Shown piece by piece: positions 1 through 12,659 of a DNA stretch of 64,000 nt. The translations under genes and the position numbers were made by a program. The stretch spans positions 24,676,001-24,740,000 of the forward strand of contig NC_092674.1 of the NCBI RefSeq assembly GCF_964355755.1. The letters run 5' to 3'. How positions within the stretch are numbered: the first letter of the stretch is position 1; each line of letters opens with the position of its first letter. Under the pieces are notes generated by a model. It had not been told where the DNA came from. It saw only the letters and a list, made by a program, of their open reading frames with translations, and did no database searches. Source of the DNA: Antedon mediterranea (taxonomy: Eukaryota; Animalia; Echinodermata).

Positions 1-102
1 AGTCATCACCCAGCATCTATTCACAGGACTTTCTCATTACCCGGTAGTGCTAGCCAGACAAAGATGCTCTTGCTTAGCTCAACGCCCAAGAGTACAGCAC
101 CA
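1..102 (+). CDS. Penultimate coding exon (5' truncated by window edge) of an unidentified gene, Ser/Thr/Pro-rich
   Basis: Open frame SHHPASIHRTFSLPGSASQTKMLLLSSTPKSTAP ends at a GTAAGT donor (103). Phase 0 matches the acceptor at 852. Confidence 0.7.
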
Positions 103-236
103 GTAAGTACAGTAGAACAGGGTAAGGGGACACCCTTATTAAGGGGACACGTTCTTAAGGGTGTATGTTTTATATATATATAATATTATAAATAAATAAA
201 ATAACAGCAGAAAACTTGGTTACTTCATTGTTTTAA

Positions 237-291
237 TCACTACAAATTTGTTTCGTACGACCGCATGTAGCTGGCCGCACTCTTCATGTGA
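237..291 (-). ncRNA. Degenerate type I hammerhead-like motif (Penelope-type), C3 replaced by A
   Basis: Minus strand reads tcac-ATGAAGA-gtgcggcc..ggtcgtac-GAA-ACAAATTTGT-A-gtga: stem I, an 8-bp stem II and a palindromic stem III. Confidence 0.5.
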
Positions 292-651
292 AATATAAAA
301 CATAAATGACACAGTTGTCTCATAGTGCTTAATAGAAGTGAGTCATCAGGAAGTCGTATACAATAGCCTATTGTTTTAGATAAACTATTTGGATCTGCAA
401 TTTAGTAAGAATTTTTTCCTATGTCTACAAGTAGAGACTAACTCATTCTTACGGTTCAGTGAGCATAGCTCTGGTTGACATATAATAATATACTTTTCAT
501 ATATACATAAATTACATCTTTTGTTAATATTTGAGTAAGGTTTGCATTTCTTTATAATTTTCCATTTAATTGAGTAGTTTGTTTTAGAGTCTTTAAGTGT
601 CCATATATATTTACTGAGTCATTATATGTTTTAATAGCCTATTTTGGATAT

Positions 652-816
652 ACTCTGTCAAACAACTATCAAACTTTATATGACAAAAAATGTAATGTGC
701 CCATATATGGACATGATGATGTAATATCATCACTACCATATTTAAGATTATCACTAGCATGTTTGGGCACATCACAATTTTTTTGTTAAACTAGTTTGAT
801 AGTGTACACAGAGCTT
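652..816. mobile_element. ~165-bp MITE family (AGCTCTGTCTACACTATCAAAC TIR, Harbinger-like); first of about a dozen copies
   Basis: Same TIR and internal tgtgatgtgccc/atcactaccatatt motifs recur near 7221, 14225, 24087, 38715, 44320, 48273, 51495, 53938, 59144, 59990 and 62276. Confidence 0.8.
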
Positions 817-852
817 TAGGAATTTAACAAAAACCAATTTTATTCATTACAG

Positions 853-1116
853 ACAATCACCCCTCCTAAGCCAATGGTAAGTCCCACGACTCCAACACAG
901 AATTTTGTAAAAGTCTATAACAATCCTCATATGACCCCACAAAGACCTGCAACATCAAAACCGCAATTTATAGTGATGTCCTCAACGCCTCCAACAAGTT
1001 CACAGACATCCCCGTTGGCAACTTCCTCTGCTGCTACAAGTATGCTGATGTCTTTGGCACAAGCTGCGACAATGCAGGTGGAGACGAAAGACATCAAAGA
1101 AGAACCCATGGAATAA
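853..1116 (+). CDS. Terminal coding exon of an unidentified gene; low-complexity S/T/P tail ending IKEEPME*
   Basis: ttacAG acceptor at 851-852, in frame with ORF 874-1116; AATAAA at ~1482. IKEE fits the psi-K-x-E SUMO consensus, suggesting a nuclear regulator. Confidence 0.7.
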   Translation, partial: TITPPKPMVSPTTPTQNFVKVYNNPHMTPQRPATSKPQFIVMSSTPPTSSQTSPLATSSAATSMLMSLAQAATMQVETKDIKEEPME

Positions 1117-2325
1117 TGAGATCAAATGCGAGGATGTACCAAAGCAATCTAACAGAATGCTGAGGTCCAAAGATCAAAGGGCTTATCTCTGGCTGCAACA
1201 TGATCTGTTCAATGCCTTTAACACAGGGCTGTAGCCAGCATGCTCGTCTCGTCACCCCAATTCCTCAGATCATCTTATTTTATATTAATAATTATTTTTA
1301 AAGCATCTTTGACTCGTTTTTAACCTCTCGTTACGGCCTTGCTTAACAGATATCACGTGCAACCGAGAATATGTACATAGTGCAGTACTGTGGTATTTGT
1401 CTCAGTCCTGTTTTTAGTTTGCCTCGGATGTATTAACAGATCACTTATAGGATACTAAAATCATGTTGTAGTCATTGGAAAAATAAAAGAAAAATTCTAA
1501 ACTGCCTGTAGACTTGTTAAAAGTTGTAAAATATTTTGATGCTATGCAAACCTGGTTACACCTTTTATTATTTGACATAACTGGTTAATATAATATTCTA
1601 GAAAGCCACTCCCAGAGTGCATACCTCCGCCTACTGTAAAATTCTCCTACATAAGATTTCTCCGGGAAAAAAAAAAAATATATATATATATATTTGTGTG
1701 TGTCTTATTGCAGTTTGTGATTTAGGCTAATTTCACTACAAGCATTTGTATGCGAGTTTGGTGCAATGGTTATGTAACAAGCCTTTCAATTAACAATAGC
1801 TTCAGTTGACTAACAATAGATAGATAGATAGAATTTGAAAAGAAATAAGTTTTTAAACAAATTTTATCAAAAAAGGTGCACATTAAATCAAATTATGTTT
1901 TACAATTACAAATCACCAATTATAACTCTTCCCTATTGTGCAAAAATGAAGTTTTTTGGACAAGTAGTTCTCGAGAAAATGCAATTTCAGTTTACTTGTT
2001 ACTTTAAGACTGCTCGCTGGCTTTTGAAAAATTCTGTCCTATCTTTTAACACTAGCAGGTCTGAAAAGTATACTAAAAAGTGGTCCAGAATTGGGACCAT
2101 GGTCTCAAAATGTAATGGAATGGTCCTTGACATATCTATAAATATATCCACTGACTCAGAGCATGTTGAAAGATACTTTTTTTTTTGCTTTAGTTATTAG
2201 CTTTACATGGTTGAAATCCTGCTGGGGTTAATAATTTGTTTAAATAATTTTTAATACAAACAAACTCCGTCATTGCAACAATGACCTTTCAAAATCAAGA
2301 TTGACCAGGAGTTGAGGAAAATTAT

Positions 2326-5200
2326 TCAACTCTGCGCATGTTTATTATGCTATAGTAACCAGTTATGTAAAAAAATAAAAGGGTGAAAAATTGGCCTTTT
2401 TTCGAAAATTGCCATATTTCGACCTTTTTATTTTTCGATAGAACTGATTACTATAGCATAATTGACATGCGCAGAACCCATTATTATATGTCAAAAAATG
2501 TCCCTGTACTATAGTACAGGAATTTGTTCCAAAAAATTTTGCCATATTTCGACCTTTTTATTTATCGATAAAACTGATTACTATAACATAATTGACATGT
2601 GCACAACCCATTATTCGACTCTGCGCATGTTTATTATGCTATAGTAACCAGTTATGTAAAAAAATAAAAGTAATAAAAGTACAATTTCCCTGTACTATAG
2701 TACAGGGATTTTTTCAAAAAAAATTGCCATATTTCGACCTTTTTATTTTTCGATAAAACTGATTACTATAGCATAATTGACATGCGCAGAACCCATTATT
2801 CGACTCTGCGCATGTTTATTATGCTATAGTAACCAGTTATGTCAAAAAATAACAGGGTAGAAAATTGGCAATTTTTCGAAAATTTCCCTGTACTATAGTA
2901 CAGGATTTTTTCAAAAAATTGCCATATTTCGACCTTTTTATTTTTCGATAAAACTGATTACTATAGCATAATTGACATACTCAGAACCCATTATTCGACT
3001 CTGCGCATGTTTATTATGCTATAGTAACCAGTTTTGTCAAAAAATAACAGGGTAGAAAATTGGCAATTTTTCGAAAATTTCCCTGTACTATAGTACAGGA
3101 ATTTGTTCCAAAAATGGCCATATTTCGACCTTTTTATTTTTCGATAAAACTGATTACTATAGCATAATTGACAAGCGCAGAACCCATTATTCGACTCTGC
3201 GCATGTTAATTATGCTATAGTAACCAGTTATGTAAAAAATAACAGGGTAGAAAATTGGCAATTTTTCGAAAATTTCCCTGTACTATAGTACAGGGATTTT
3301 TTTCAAAAAATTGCCATATTTTGACCTTTTTATTTTTCGATAAAACTGATTACTATAAGCATAATTGACATACTCAGAACCCATTATTCGACTCTGCGCA
3401 TGTTTATTATGCTATAGTAACCAGTTATGTAAAAAAATAAAAGTAATAAAAGTACAATTTCCCTGTACAGGGATTTTTTCAAAAAAAATTGCCATATTTC
3501 GACCTTTTTATTTTTCGATAAAACTGATTACTATAGCATAATTGACATGCGCAGAACCCATTATTCGACTCTGCGCATGTTTATTATGCTATAGTAACCA
3601 GTTATGTCAAAAAATAAAAGGGTAGAAAACTGGCAATTTTTCGACAATTTTCCTGTACTATAGTACAGGATTTTTTCAAAAAATTGCCATATTTCGACCT
3701 TTTTATTTTTCGATAAAACTGATTACTATAGCATAATTGACATACTCAGAACCCATTATTCGACTCTGCGCATGTTTATTATGCTATAGTAACCAGTTAA
3801 GTAAAAAAATAACAGTGTAGAAAATTGGCAATTTTTCGAAAATTTCCCTGTACTATAGTACAGGGATTTTTTTCAAAAAATTGCCATATTTCGACCTTTT
3901 TATTTTTCGATAAAACTGATTACTATAGCATAATTGACATACTCAGAACCCATTATTCGACTCTGCGCATGTTTATTATGCTATAGTAACCAGTTATGTC
4001 AAAAAATAAAAGGGTATAAAACTGGCAATTTTTCGACAATTTTCCTGTACTATAGTACAGGATTTTTTCAAAAAATTGCCATATTTCGACCTTTTTATTT
4101 TCGATAAAACTGATTACTATAGCATAATTGACATACTCAGAACCCATTATTCGACTCTGCGCATGTTTATTATGCTATAGTAACCAGTTATGTCAAAAAA
4201 TAAAAGGGTAGAAAACTGGCAATTTTTCGACAATTTTCCTGTACTATAGTACAGGATTTTTTCAAAAAATTGCCATATTTCGACCTTTTTATTTTTCGAT
4301 AGAACTGATTACTATAGCATAATTGACATACTAAGAACCCATTATTCGACTCTGCGCATGTTTATTATGCTATAGTAACCAGTTATGTCAAAAAATAACA
4401 GGGTAGAAAATTGGCAATTTTTCGAAAATTTCCCTGTACTATAGTACAGGGATTTTTTCAAAAAATTGCCATATTTCGACCTTTTTATTTTTCGATAAAA
4501 CTGATTACTATAGCATAATTGACATGCGCAGAACCCATTATTCGACTCTGCGCATGTTTATTATGCTATAGTAACCAGTTATGTAAAAAAATAACAGGGT
4601 AGAAAATTGGCAATTTTTCGAAAATTTCCCTGTACTATAGTACAGGGATTTTTTCAAAAAATTGCCATATTTCGACCTTTTTATTTTTCGATAAAACTGA
4701 TTACTATAGCATAATTGACATGCGCAGAACCCATTATTCGACTCTGCGCATGTTTATTATGCTATAGTAACCAGTTATGTAAAAAAATAACAGGGTAGAA
4801 AATTGGCAATTTTTCGAAAATTTCCCTGTACTATAATAGTACAGGGATTTTTTCAAAAAATTGCCATATTTCGACCTTTTTATTTTTCGATAAAACTGAT
4901 TACTATAGCATAATTGACATGCGCAGAACCCATTATTCGAGTCCGCGCATGTTTAGTATGCTATAGTAACCAGTTATGTAAAAAAAAAAAAGATTGAAAA
5001 ATTGGCTATTTTTCGAAAATGTTAAAAAATGCTAAATTTCGATTTGGTTACTATAGCAATAATTAACAGGCGCAGAACACACTATTCAATTCATGTTAAT
5101 TATGATATAGTAAGCAGTTATGTCAGAAAATTGCTAATATAATTGCCGGGATGTTTTCGAAAAATTGCCAAATGATTTCGACCTTTTTATTTTTTAATAA
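2326..5200. repeat. Satellite array, ~196-bp palindromic monomer, ~14 copies
   Basis: cgactctgcgcatg recurs at 4347, 4543 and 4739 (period 196). Each monomer is an imperfect inverted repeat centred on ccctgtactatagtacaggg. Confidence 0.95.
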
Positions 5201-5921
5201 AACTGGTTAGTATACATTTTTCCTGTACAGGGATTTTTAGATCAAAAAAGCATTTAAATTAGCCTTATTAGATCTTTGTATGATTTTTATTAATTAATGG
5301 GAACATCTCTACAAGACGTGGACGGTATAACCGATAGAAAGTGTTTAAACTGAAGAGTAGAAAATGACCGGTGACAAGTTAATCAATTGTGACCTCCTAA
5401 ATTCATGTGGTGTGAATTATGATAATGAATCAACAAACAGTGCAATATCATCTAAATCAAATACTATTTATTTTAAAAATAGTAAATAATAATGCTAAAT
5501 ATAAATGTGTAAAATGCCCATTCAATAAACTTTATCTTCCTTATCTTCAACAGTTTTCTTCAAACTATTCTTCAATAACAATTTTATTTATCCATTTCTA
5601 ACGTAACAGTCTTCTTAGAGATATGAAGCCAAGATAACATACAGTTTCTTTGATATTTTCTAAACATCAAAATGAAGATTGTAGTCAATCAGCTTATAAA
5701 TTTCAGCTCACAAACGTTCAGGCATCCTAAAAAGTGTATCTTTGAGAGTCAACAAGCACAAAAGAAAATTGTAGAGGTCGCACCACCATCTACGAATCCA
5801 ATTGAAGGACTTTTGTTTCAAAACTAACAAGTATTTCTATAAACATATCCAGTTGTTTGTACCCAATGCATCAAAAATACCTTTTGTAATTATATAATTC
5901 ATTCAGATTGAAAATGTTATT

Positions 5922-5972
5922 TTAAACATTCTGACCAGATGATTTCTTAAATAATGAGTCCAGTATCTTGTC
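5922..5972 (-). CDS. AMOT: Angiomotin-like gene, coding exon 12 (terminal; DKILDSLFKKSSGQNV*)
   Basis: tttcAG acceptor, phase 0 matches exon 11; TAA at 5922-5924. Confidence 0.75.
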   Translation of the reverse strand, partial: DKILDSLFKKSSGQNV

Positions 5973-6131
5973 CTGAAAAAAAAAAATGGAAAAATTAATT
6001 TCAACAGTGTTGTGCATTACTATATATAAATCTTTATTTGTTACTTGTTAAAATGATGTGAGTGAACAAATGAATTTGATTGAAGAAATGAGCGAGTGAG
6101 TAAATAAATGAATATAACTTGTTACACTAAC

Positions 6132-6196
6132 CTGTTGTTGAATGTCCTGATCTAACTGTTTTAATTTTTCATCTAACACGTATCGCTTGTCAATCT
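6132..6196 (-). CDS. AMOT: Angiomotin-like gene, coding exon 11
   Basis: EIDKRYVLDEKLKQLDQDIQQQ; AG acceptor and GTTAGT donor, phases 1/0. Confidence 0.8.
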
Positions 6197-6324
6197 CTGA
6201 AAAAAAAAAAATTAGATAATAATAAATACAAAAAAACATTATAATCTTATTTATTATAGCAAGAATTTCATGATGAATTAAGTCACAAATATAACATTTT
6301 AAAATATATATATATATATATCTT

Positions 6325-6680
6325 ATCATTTCAAATTAATTAATTAAATTTCAGTATATCACCGGGCGTAGCCGTTTAGAATTAATATTGTTTGCCTGTT
6401 GTATACATATGGGCGACTTTTTCTCATTCTCACAGATTTCCTCATCTTTATCGTTTCAAATTAATTAATTAAATTTCAGTATATCACCGGGCGGTTTAGA
6501 ATTAATGTTCTTTGCCTGATTTGTTTATATATATATATATATATATATACACAACAGGCAATATATATATATATACATTTATATAAAGACATTAGACATT
6601 AATTCTAAATCGCCAAGTGATATACTGAAATTTAATTAATTAATTTGAAACGATAAGATGAGGAAATCTGTGAGAATTAT
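6325..6680. mobile_element. Fragments, in both orientations, of the (TA)n-associated tRNA-headed repeat seen at 56978-57200
   Basis: tttcaaattaattaattaaatttcagtatatcaccgggcg occurs twice forward and once inverted, interspersed with (TA)n. Confidence 0.7.
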
Positions 6681-6767
6681 ATATATTCATATATAAAAGT
6701 TGCCCATGTGTGTTATGTAGGAGATACAGACTAAAAATTATTTTATATTATATAATTGTACACATAC

Positions 6768-7168
6768 CTTGTAACCCAACAGATGACAATGCTGATGTGC
6801 TGTGTGACATGTAAGAATCCCCCATCATCAATAACCTTTCCTGTGACCCATGACCTTTGCTCTGAGGTCGTGCTGCTAAGTTTTGGTACGACCCTGCTGG
6901 TGACTTGATAGTCAGATTCTGCATTGAGTTCACTGGTGATTTCTGTGCAAGGTTCTGGAGAGAGTTCGAGCTTCCGGTGAGTCTTGACTGTTGCTGCACA
7001 GACTCTGATGACCCCATTCGTAGGTTCTGTAGAGAGCTATGTGGTGAAGTTGTCGATCGTAAAAGTTTTTCAAGGGAAGAGAGGGAAGCATCCTTCTGAA
7101 GGGACTGATGTTGAAGTACCTGGATGACCGAGTCTTTATGAGACAGTTCAGCATGCAATACTCGAACC
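6768..7168 (-). CDS. AMOT: Angiomotin-like gene, coding exon 10
   Basis: KVRVLHAELSHKDSVIQVLQHQS resembles AMOT [25 protein letters not shown]/GT boundaries, phases 2/1. Confidence 0.9.
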
Positions 7169-7674
7169 CTAAGAAAATAAAAAAACATATTAATTCATTT
7201 TCACTGCCATTGCTAAAACTATGTCTACACTTTCAAACTTGTGACAAAAAATGTGATGTGCCCATATATGGATACGATGATGAGTCTGCAGGCATATTTG
7301 CTAATCTATAGGCTCAGCAGAAATTTGTTATTCTTGATTATTTTGTAATTAAATAATATAAAGTAGAGCCCCTCCTTTAGGAAACGCCTAATCGAATCAA
7401 CAAAATATGAAATATATATTTTACCCAACTCCTATTCTGGGGACAGGACACTCCTATCAAACGAGAGGCAATATTTATTTTAACACTTTGTTCAACCTCC
7501 ATTCCATTTTCCATAAAATAAACAAGAGGCAATATGTGTATATATATATATATATATTTTGAACACTTCATCCAACTTATATTCAGGGGACATTCTTATT
7601 ATGGGGGGAATTTGAGTGACAAAAGAGGTGCTACTGTAGATAATATGTTGTTATCTTTTATTATTGTATTTTAC

Positions 7675-7809
7675 TTTGCTTCTAACTCTGCGATCCGCTT
7701 CTTTGCAAGGTAAATATCTTCCGCTTGTTTCGTCTTCTCAGTTTGTGCATCTACAAGAACTCGTTCAGCCTCTATTGAGTTTTTTTCCAAAGCCGCGATT
7801 CTTGCATCC
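7675..7809 (-). CDS. AMOT: Angiomotin-like gene, coding exon 9
   Basis: RDARIAALEKNSIEAERVLVDAQTEKTKQAEDIYLAKKRIAELEAK; coiled coil, phases 2/2. Confidence 0.85.
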
Positions 7810-8265
7810 CTATGTAAAAATAGATAAACAATCACAACCTTTAACCTCTGACCTTAGAGAAACAATTAAAACTTTAACCTCTGAAACATTTTAGTCTTTT
7901 TGAATAAGAGCCTACGTTACAATCTTACAATTTATCTTATAAAGCATAACAATTTTGTTTTTTATAAATCAAACATATTGCCAAAAAAAAAAAAATAAAT
8001 AAAAAACAGTATTTAAACTAAAGTATTTAAAGTCTTATAATTTTGATTTTCTCAGCAACAGTGAATATAAATCATAGACTTTAGAAATGAAAATTGCCTA
8101 GACATTCTGTGAGTTACAGTTGATTAATTACATACACCAAATATTTGAAATGCTTTCACAGGGGCCCAGGTAATAGTTTAAAAAGAATCTTATTGCTAAT
8201 ATATATATATAATATAATATATTTACAGTGATCGGAGTCTTAAATAAAACCAGTGGCAATATTAA

Positions 8266-8603
8266 AGATGTTTTGTCCCCGAAAAACATCAAAAATGAAG
8301 ATTAATTAAATCAGACTTTGAATTGGTTATTGTGTAGTTTTAATCAAGTTAATCACTTCCGTAGAAAAAAAAACGAAAAAAATAATTTCATATTAAAATG
8401 ACAAAATAAATGGTTAAATTCAAACAAAAATCTATTGGCTGGCAGCCAATCTAATTATTTTTGGCTTTAAATTACATTTTTTTCAGGTAAATAATTTTGT
8501 TTCGATCTAATTTTTGGTCAAAGTGGATAACTATTATGTGACATAAAAATGGCATATTCAACAGAAAAATTTGTAATAATTTTTTCAGGGGAACAATACA
8601 TCT
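8266..8603. mobile_element. Non-autonomous Kolobok-like DNA element with TTAA TSD
   Basis: TTAA|AGATGTTTTGTCCCC ... GGGGAACAATACATCT|TTAA; related copies at ~44875-45167, ~46636-46760 and 58731-59068. Confidence 0.7.
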
Positions 8604-8655
8604 TTAACAACTGAATCACTGTACAATTTTTAACATTTACCAAATCAACACATAC

Positions 8656-8717
8656 CTTTGTGTGTTGGACTGTGCCAGCATTCGAATTGCATTTTCTTCT
8701 TGTAACTTTAATTCCAT
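8656..8717 (-). CDS. AMOT: Angiomotin-like gene, coding exon 8
   Basis: MELKLQEENAIRMLAQSNTQR resembles AMOT WEQKYLEENVMR..AQR; AG/GTATGT, phases 0/2. Confidence 0.8.
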
Positions 8718-9211
8718 CTATAAAACAAAAAATAATCAGTTTAGTATTATTTCTTGGAAAAGGTAATCCAAGCACATATACATTTTAGCTAAATTTTGTT
8801 TTTATTTTTTCTTGTAAATTTCTGGTTAAACTTTTCAAGTTTTTCTTTTAATCTCATTATCGACTTATTTTTTTTATTTCTTTATATTTTAACGATGATG
8901 AATAAAATACATTTGATTTGATATCTAATACGCTCATTATGGGACAAAACAAAGTGAAAACCAGTGCTTCCCGAATAAAAGCAAAATCTTACAATTTGTG
9001 ATAAAATTCAGACAAAAATAGTTGGCAACTAAAATTTGAAAGGGTGCCCAAATTTGTTGGGATTCTGCATGTACTAAAAACCATTGAACTTTCAGGTTAT
9101 TCTCAGCGACATTGTATAAATGATGAACAACCCATTCAATGTAATGTCATAGTCAGAGAGAGAAAGATTTTAACCAAGAATTTTCAACAAAAAAATACAG
9201 GGAGCACTTAC

Positions 9212-9328
9212 TTTGCTTATGTCAGCCTCCAAGCTGCTGATTTTTTCCTCTTTTTTCTTCAGCATTTCTAAGAGAGATTGGTTGCTTGGGCTATCAGCAA
9301 CACTTCCTTCATCTTTTGCACTTTTGTT
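9212..9328 (-). CDS. AMOT: Angiomotin-like gene, coding exon 7
   Basis: ..LEMLKKKEEKISSLEADISK resembles AMOT [25 protein letters not shown], 117 nt. Confidence 0.85.
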
Positions 9329-9819
9329 CTAAAATAAAACATTTGGAGTGTTGATGAAAATGTTTTCATATGGGAGTGTTTTCGATGGGAGTGTTTTAAA
9401 GGCAGGGTTGTGGAATTGTTTTGGATATGATTATGAGAACATTCATGGTACTGTGAAAGCACTCATGGTAAAACTGTGAGAACACTCGTGGTACAGTGAG
9501 AACACTCATGGTACTGTGAAAGGACTCCATGAAAATTTTGAAATTTATTCCCAAGAATTATTATAAAAAACAGGATGTCATAAAGTAGAATATTATTTCT
9601 GATTAATGTCGACAAAGATTTATGGCACGTAACTTTATATTACAGTATTGTGGAATTTCCTGCAAAATGATTTATGTGGGTATACATTAGGGTATATAGT
9701 GAAGTGTACATTTTTCTCAGGGTAAAGCCAACACCAAATGACAATATTAATACACATGACGAGCACTTAATTGGAGGGATTAGTCCATTATGTTTATAGG
9801 GTGTTTTTTTAGTTTATAC

Positions 9820-9969
9820 CTGTTGTTTCTTAAGGCCTTCTATTTGTTTCTCTAATTCTTGTCGCATTTCTTGATCTTTCTTCTCCCTTTTTAAATTTGC
9901 TGCCTTCATTGTAAATATTGTTTTCTGTAGAGATTCAACTTGCTCCTCTAATATTTGTCTTTTTCTTGA
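9820..9969 (-). CDS. AMOT: Angiomotin-like gene, coding exon 6
   Basis: SRKRQILEEQVESLQKTIFTMKAANLKREKKDQEMRQELEKQIEGLKKQQ matches the AMOT coiled-coil pattern; 150 nt, phases 0/0. Confidence 0.85.
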
Positions 9970-12457
9970 CTGTAAAAAACAAAAAACAAAAAGTTAAATT
10001 TTGTCTGGAAAAAAGGGAAAACAATTCCCACTTAAAGAGCTGCAATTTTCATTCCGATTATTTGTCTCCTGGTCAAAATGCATGAGTAATCATGAAGTCC
10101 TAATTCCTGAGCTCAGATTGGCTGCACAATTTTTCACTTTGCAAAATGTAGAAACTATGATTTCGCTAAGTGAAAAACTCAAGGACCTCGAATTTGACGC
10201 AGAGAGGGATTTGGAAGATGAAATACATTGCGCATGTGCATCTCTTGTGATTTGTGTGAATATATTTGTCTAGTGAAAAATAGCCTTAATATTACTCTAT
10301 GGAAATTTTTAAATGAGTTCTAATAACAAAAAATTAACATCCTACAATTAAAGACAAACTTGAATTGATAGACAGAATAAAAAACAACATTAATTGATGG
10401 GTAAAGAACATGTTGTACAACTTCTTGACCTTAATGGGTAAGAACTTTAAGCACGATAATGGCATTTTATAGAATTATTTTTACCACATCAAAGAGCTTC
10501 ACAGTATACCCTGACATATGATACATAAACATAAATTTCAGAAACACATCCATCTTTGTTAGTGGTTATATAATCAATCATGTTAAGGCAGCTTTTAAAA
10601 AGCAATATTCTAGCATAAAGCATTATTTGAATTCCACTGTAAGCTAGTTGCTAGGATGGAAATACACAAACATCAATAAACTCAGAGTAAAGGAATTATT
10701 AAAGGAAGGAAGCAGGGCCTAAGAATTGTAAAATGAAGTGCTGAAGTTAGGGGATAAGGGTGTCTATCTAAACCCTCCTGTTGAAATTTAATAAACTCAG
10801 AAAAGTAGAAGGAATCAGGTTAGGCATGAGAGGGCTTGTTCTGGGTCGTGAGGTGGTTTCCCGATTAATCGTACGATCAAAACGGTACTGGGTATGATCA
10901 ACTAGCGTTCGTGTTCCCACCTAACCATCCATTCATAGAAGTACTGCTGAAGATATCAATCTGTGGCGACAATAGAATGGACCCGAGACCTGGCTATCTT
11001 CGACTTTTAAATAATAGAAAGTTTAGAAAAATGTTTTTGTTAAACTAGAAATGTACGTTGTATGTATATAGAAAAAAATGGTTGTAGTTTTCAAAATTAC
11101 GTTGTATAAGTTGCGATGTGAAAAACTGTTATTTGATCGTTAGTTGTCGTGTACATAAAGCAAAAATATAAATAGCCTATAATAAAATAAAATAAAAATC
11201 GTTAGTAAAACTTTTAAAAAGAGTAAAGATATAAGGAAGAAAAGCAAAGAGATCATGGAGCGGCTGTACCAGAATATACAACACTAAGTATTGTAAAGTT
11301 AAAAACAAAAAATTTAGGCGATCTTGTCAAAGGTCAAGCGCCTTCAGCCTGCCACGTTTCGATATTCAATATTGAACACACATAGCAGATTTAGGATTTT
11401 AAAATATGAGGGAAGGGCCTAAAGTTAGGGGTAACGGTGTCTATCTAAGCCCTCCTGTCGAAAGTAAATTTTTCCTTCCCACCTGTCATGAAAATTTCAT
11501 CTGAAAATGTCCGATGTAAACATAATTGTTTATCAACACTAAGTTTCTTTTATTTCACATGTATATTCGCCCACCGCCACACTTACCTTATTACCCCCAC
11601 TGTAAGCATAAAGCTATTTTTTACAATAAAGCACATAGGTATTCATAGGAAAAGGGAATTGGTAAATAATTTCTAACCATTATTGCTTCATCATAATCAA
11701 TTCTTATCAAATCCCAAGCAAATCAATGTTACAGTAAGTAGTTAGACTAGAATTTCAAAGAGTTGTATTAGTCCAACTAACCTAGCCAGTACATTCACCC
11801 ATCCATTCCCTCAACAACCATCAACTGTTAGGTCTCAAACTTTCACACCATTGATTGGTACAGCCATGTTTTACAAGGAAAGTATTCCATGTGAAGAGAG
11901 ACACATGTACATTGAAAAGTGCGTTCACCCGTAAGGGTCACAATGATTTCAAGTCAATCTTTGATTTGGCAAAGTCATACATTGATCATACACATACCGT
12001 CACATAATTGTTTCCAACATTTATGTGAGCTTGTACCCTATCAATTTCTTTATGATCGACAGTAGCAAGAAGTGTTTATTTGATGAACTTTTTTTTAGGT
12101 CTGGAAAAGTCAATTGAACTTTTTCTATTCAATTGTCTTTCTTATACAGTACAGTAAGGGTTTTTGGGATGGGTGCCCAAAAGGTTATTACAGGGATGGT
12201 ATTTATAGCTTATAGTGGGTGCTAATAACAGTAAGTTATTTATATTGATATTTATATTTATTTGATTTCAAGTACTACAAAATAAAGTAAATTTGAAACA
12301 TTGTAAAACAAAGAAAGAAGAAATAAAATTGAGTAAGCATAAACTTTGGAATTAACACTTATTACAACAAGGGATTTTGTATCTAATATAAATACATACA
12401 GTTGTTATAATAATAATAAAGTGTTTTCAAGTTATCCTAAGTCACTACGTTCCATAC

Positions 12458-12603
12458 CTCTTCTTGCATCTTTGAAACGTTAGACTGAGCATTTGACAAC
12501 ACCGTATCCAGTAGGTCAATATGGTTACGCTGCTCTGTGAGGGTGGCCGTTTGTGCTGACAACTCAACTTCAAGACGTTCCTTCGCTGCTACCTCATCAT
12601 TGT
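12458..12603 (-). CDS. AMOT: Angiomotin-like gene, coding exon 5
   Basis: KERLEVELSAQTATLTEQRNHIDLLDTVLSNAQSNVSKMQEE matches the AMOT ..QRRHIEI.DQALSNAQA.V.KLEEE pattern. Confidence 0.9.
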
Positions 12604-12659
12604 CTACACAAAACAATAAGACCATCTATTAAGTCTCAATATACAGAATTATTTTTTTT

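Noticed and set aside
1835-2200. 121-aa ORF
   Set aside because: Non-ATG start, no recognisable domain, repeat-like flank of the satellite.
2326-5200. CRISPR-like array of palindromic repeats
   Set aside because: No unique spacers, a 196-bp monomer, eukaryotic context and no cas genes; it is a satellite.
9420-9530. About five degenerate ~20-bp tandem repeats (catggtactgtgagaacact)
   Set aside because: Ordinary intronic minisatellite with no further signal.
10735-11465. Two ~50-bp direct repeats and a CTGAAGA at ~10946 suggesting an LTR or hammerhead
   Set aside because: No TG..CA ends, PBS or TSD; no GAAA or stem II after the CTGAAGA.
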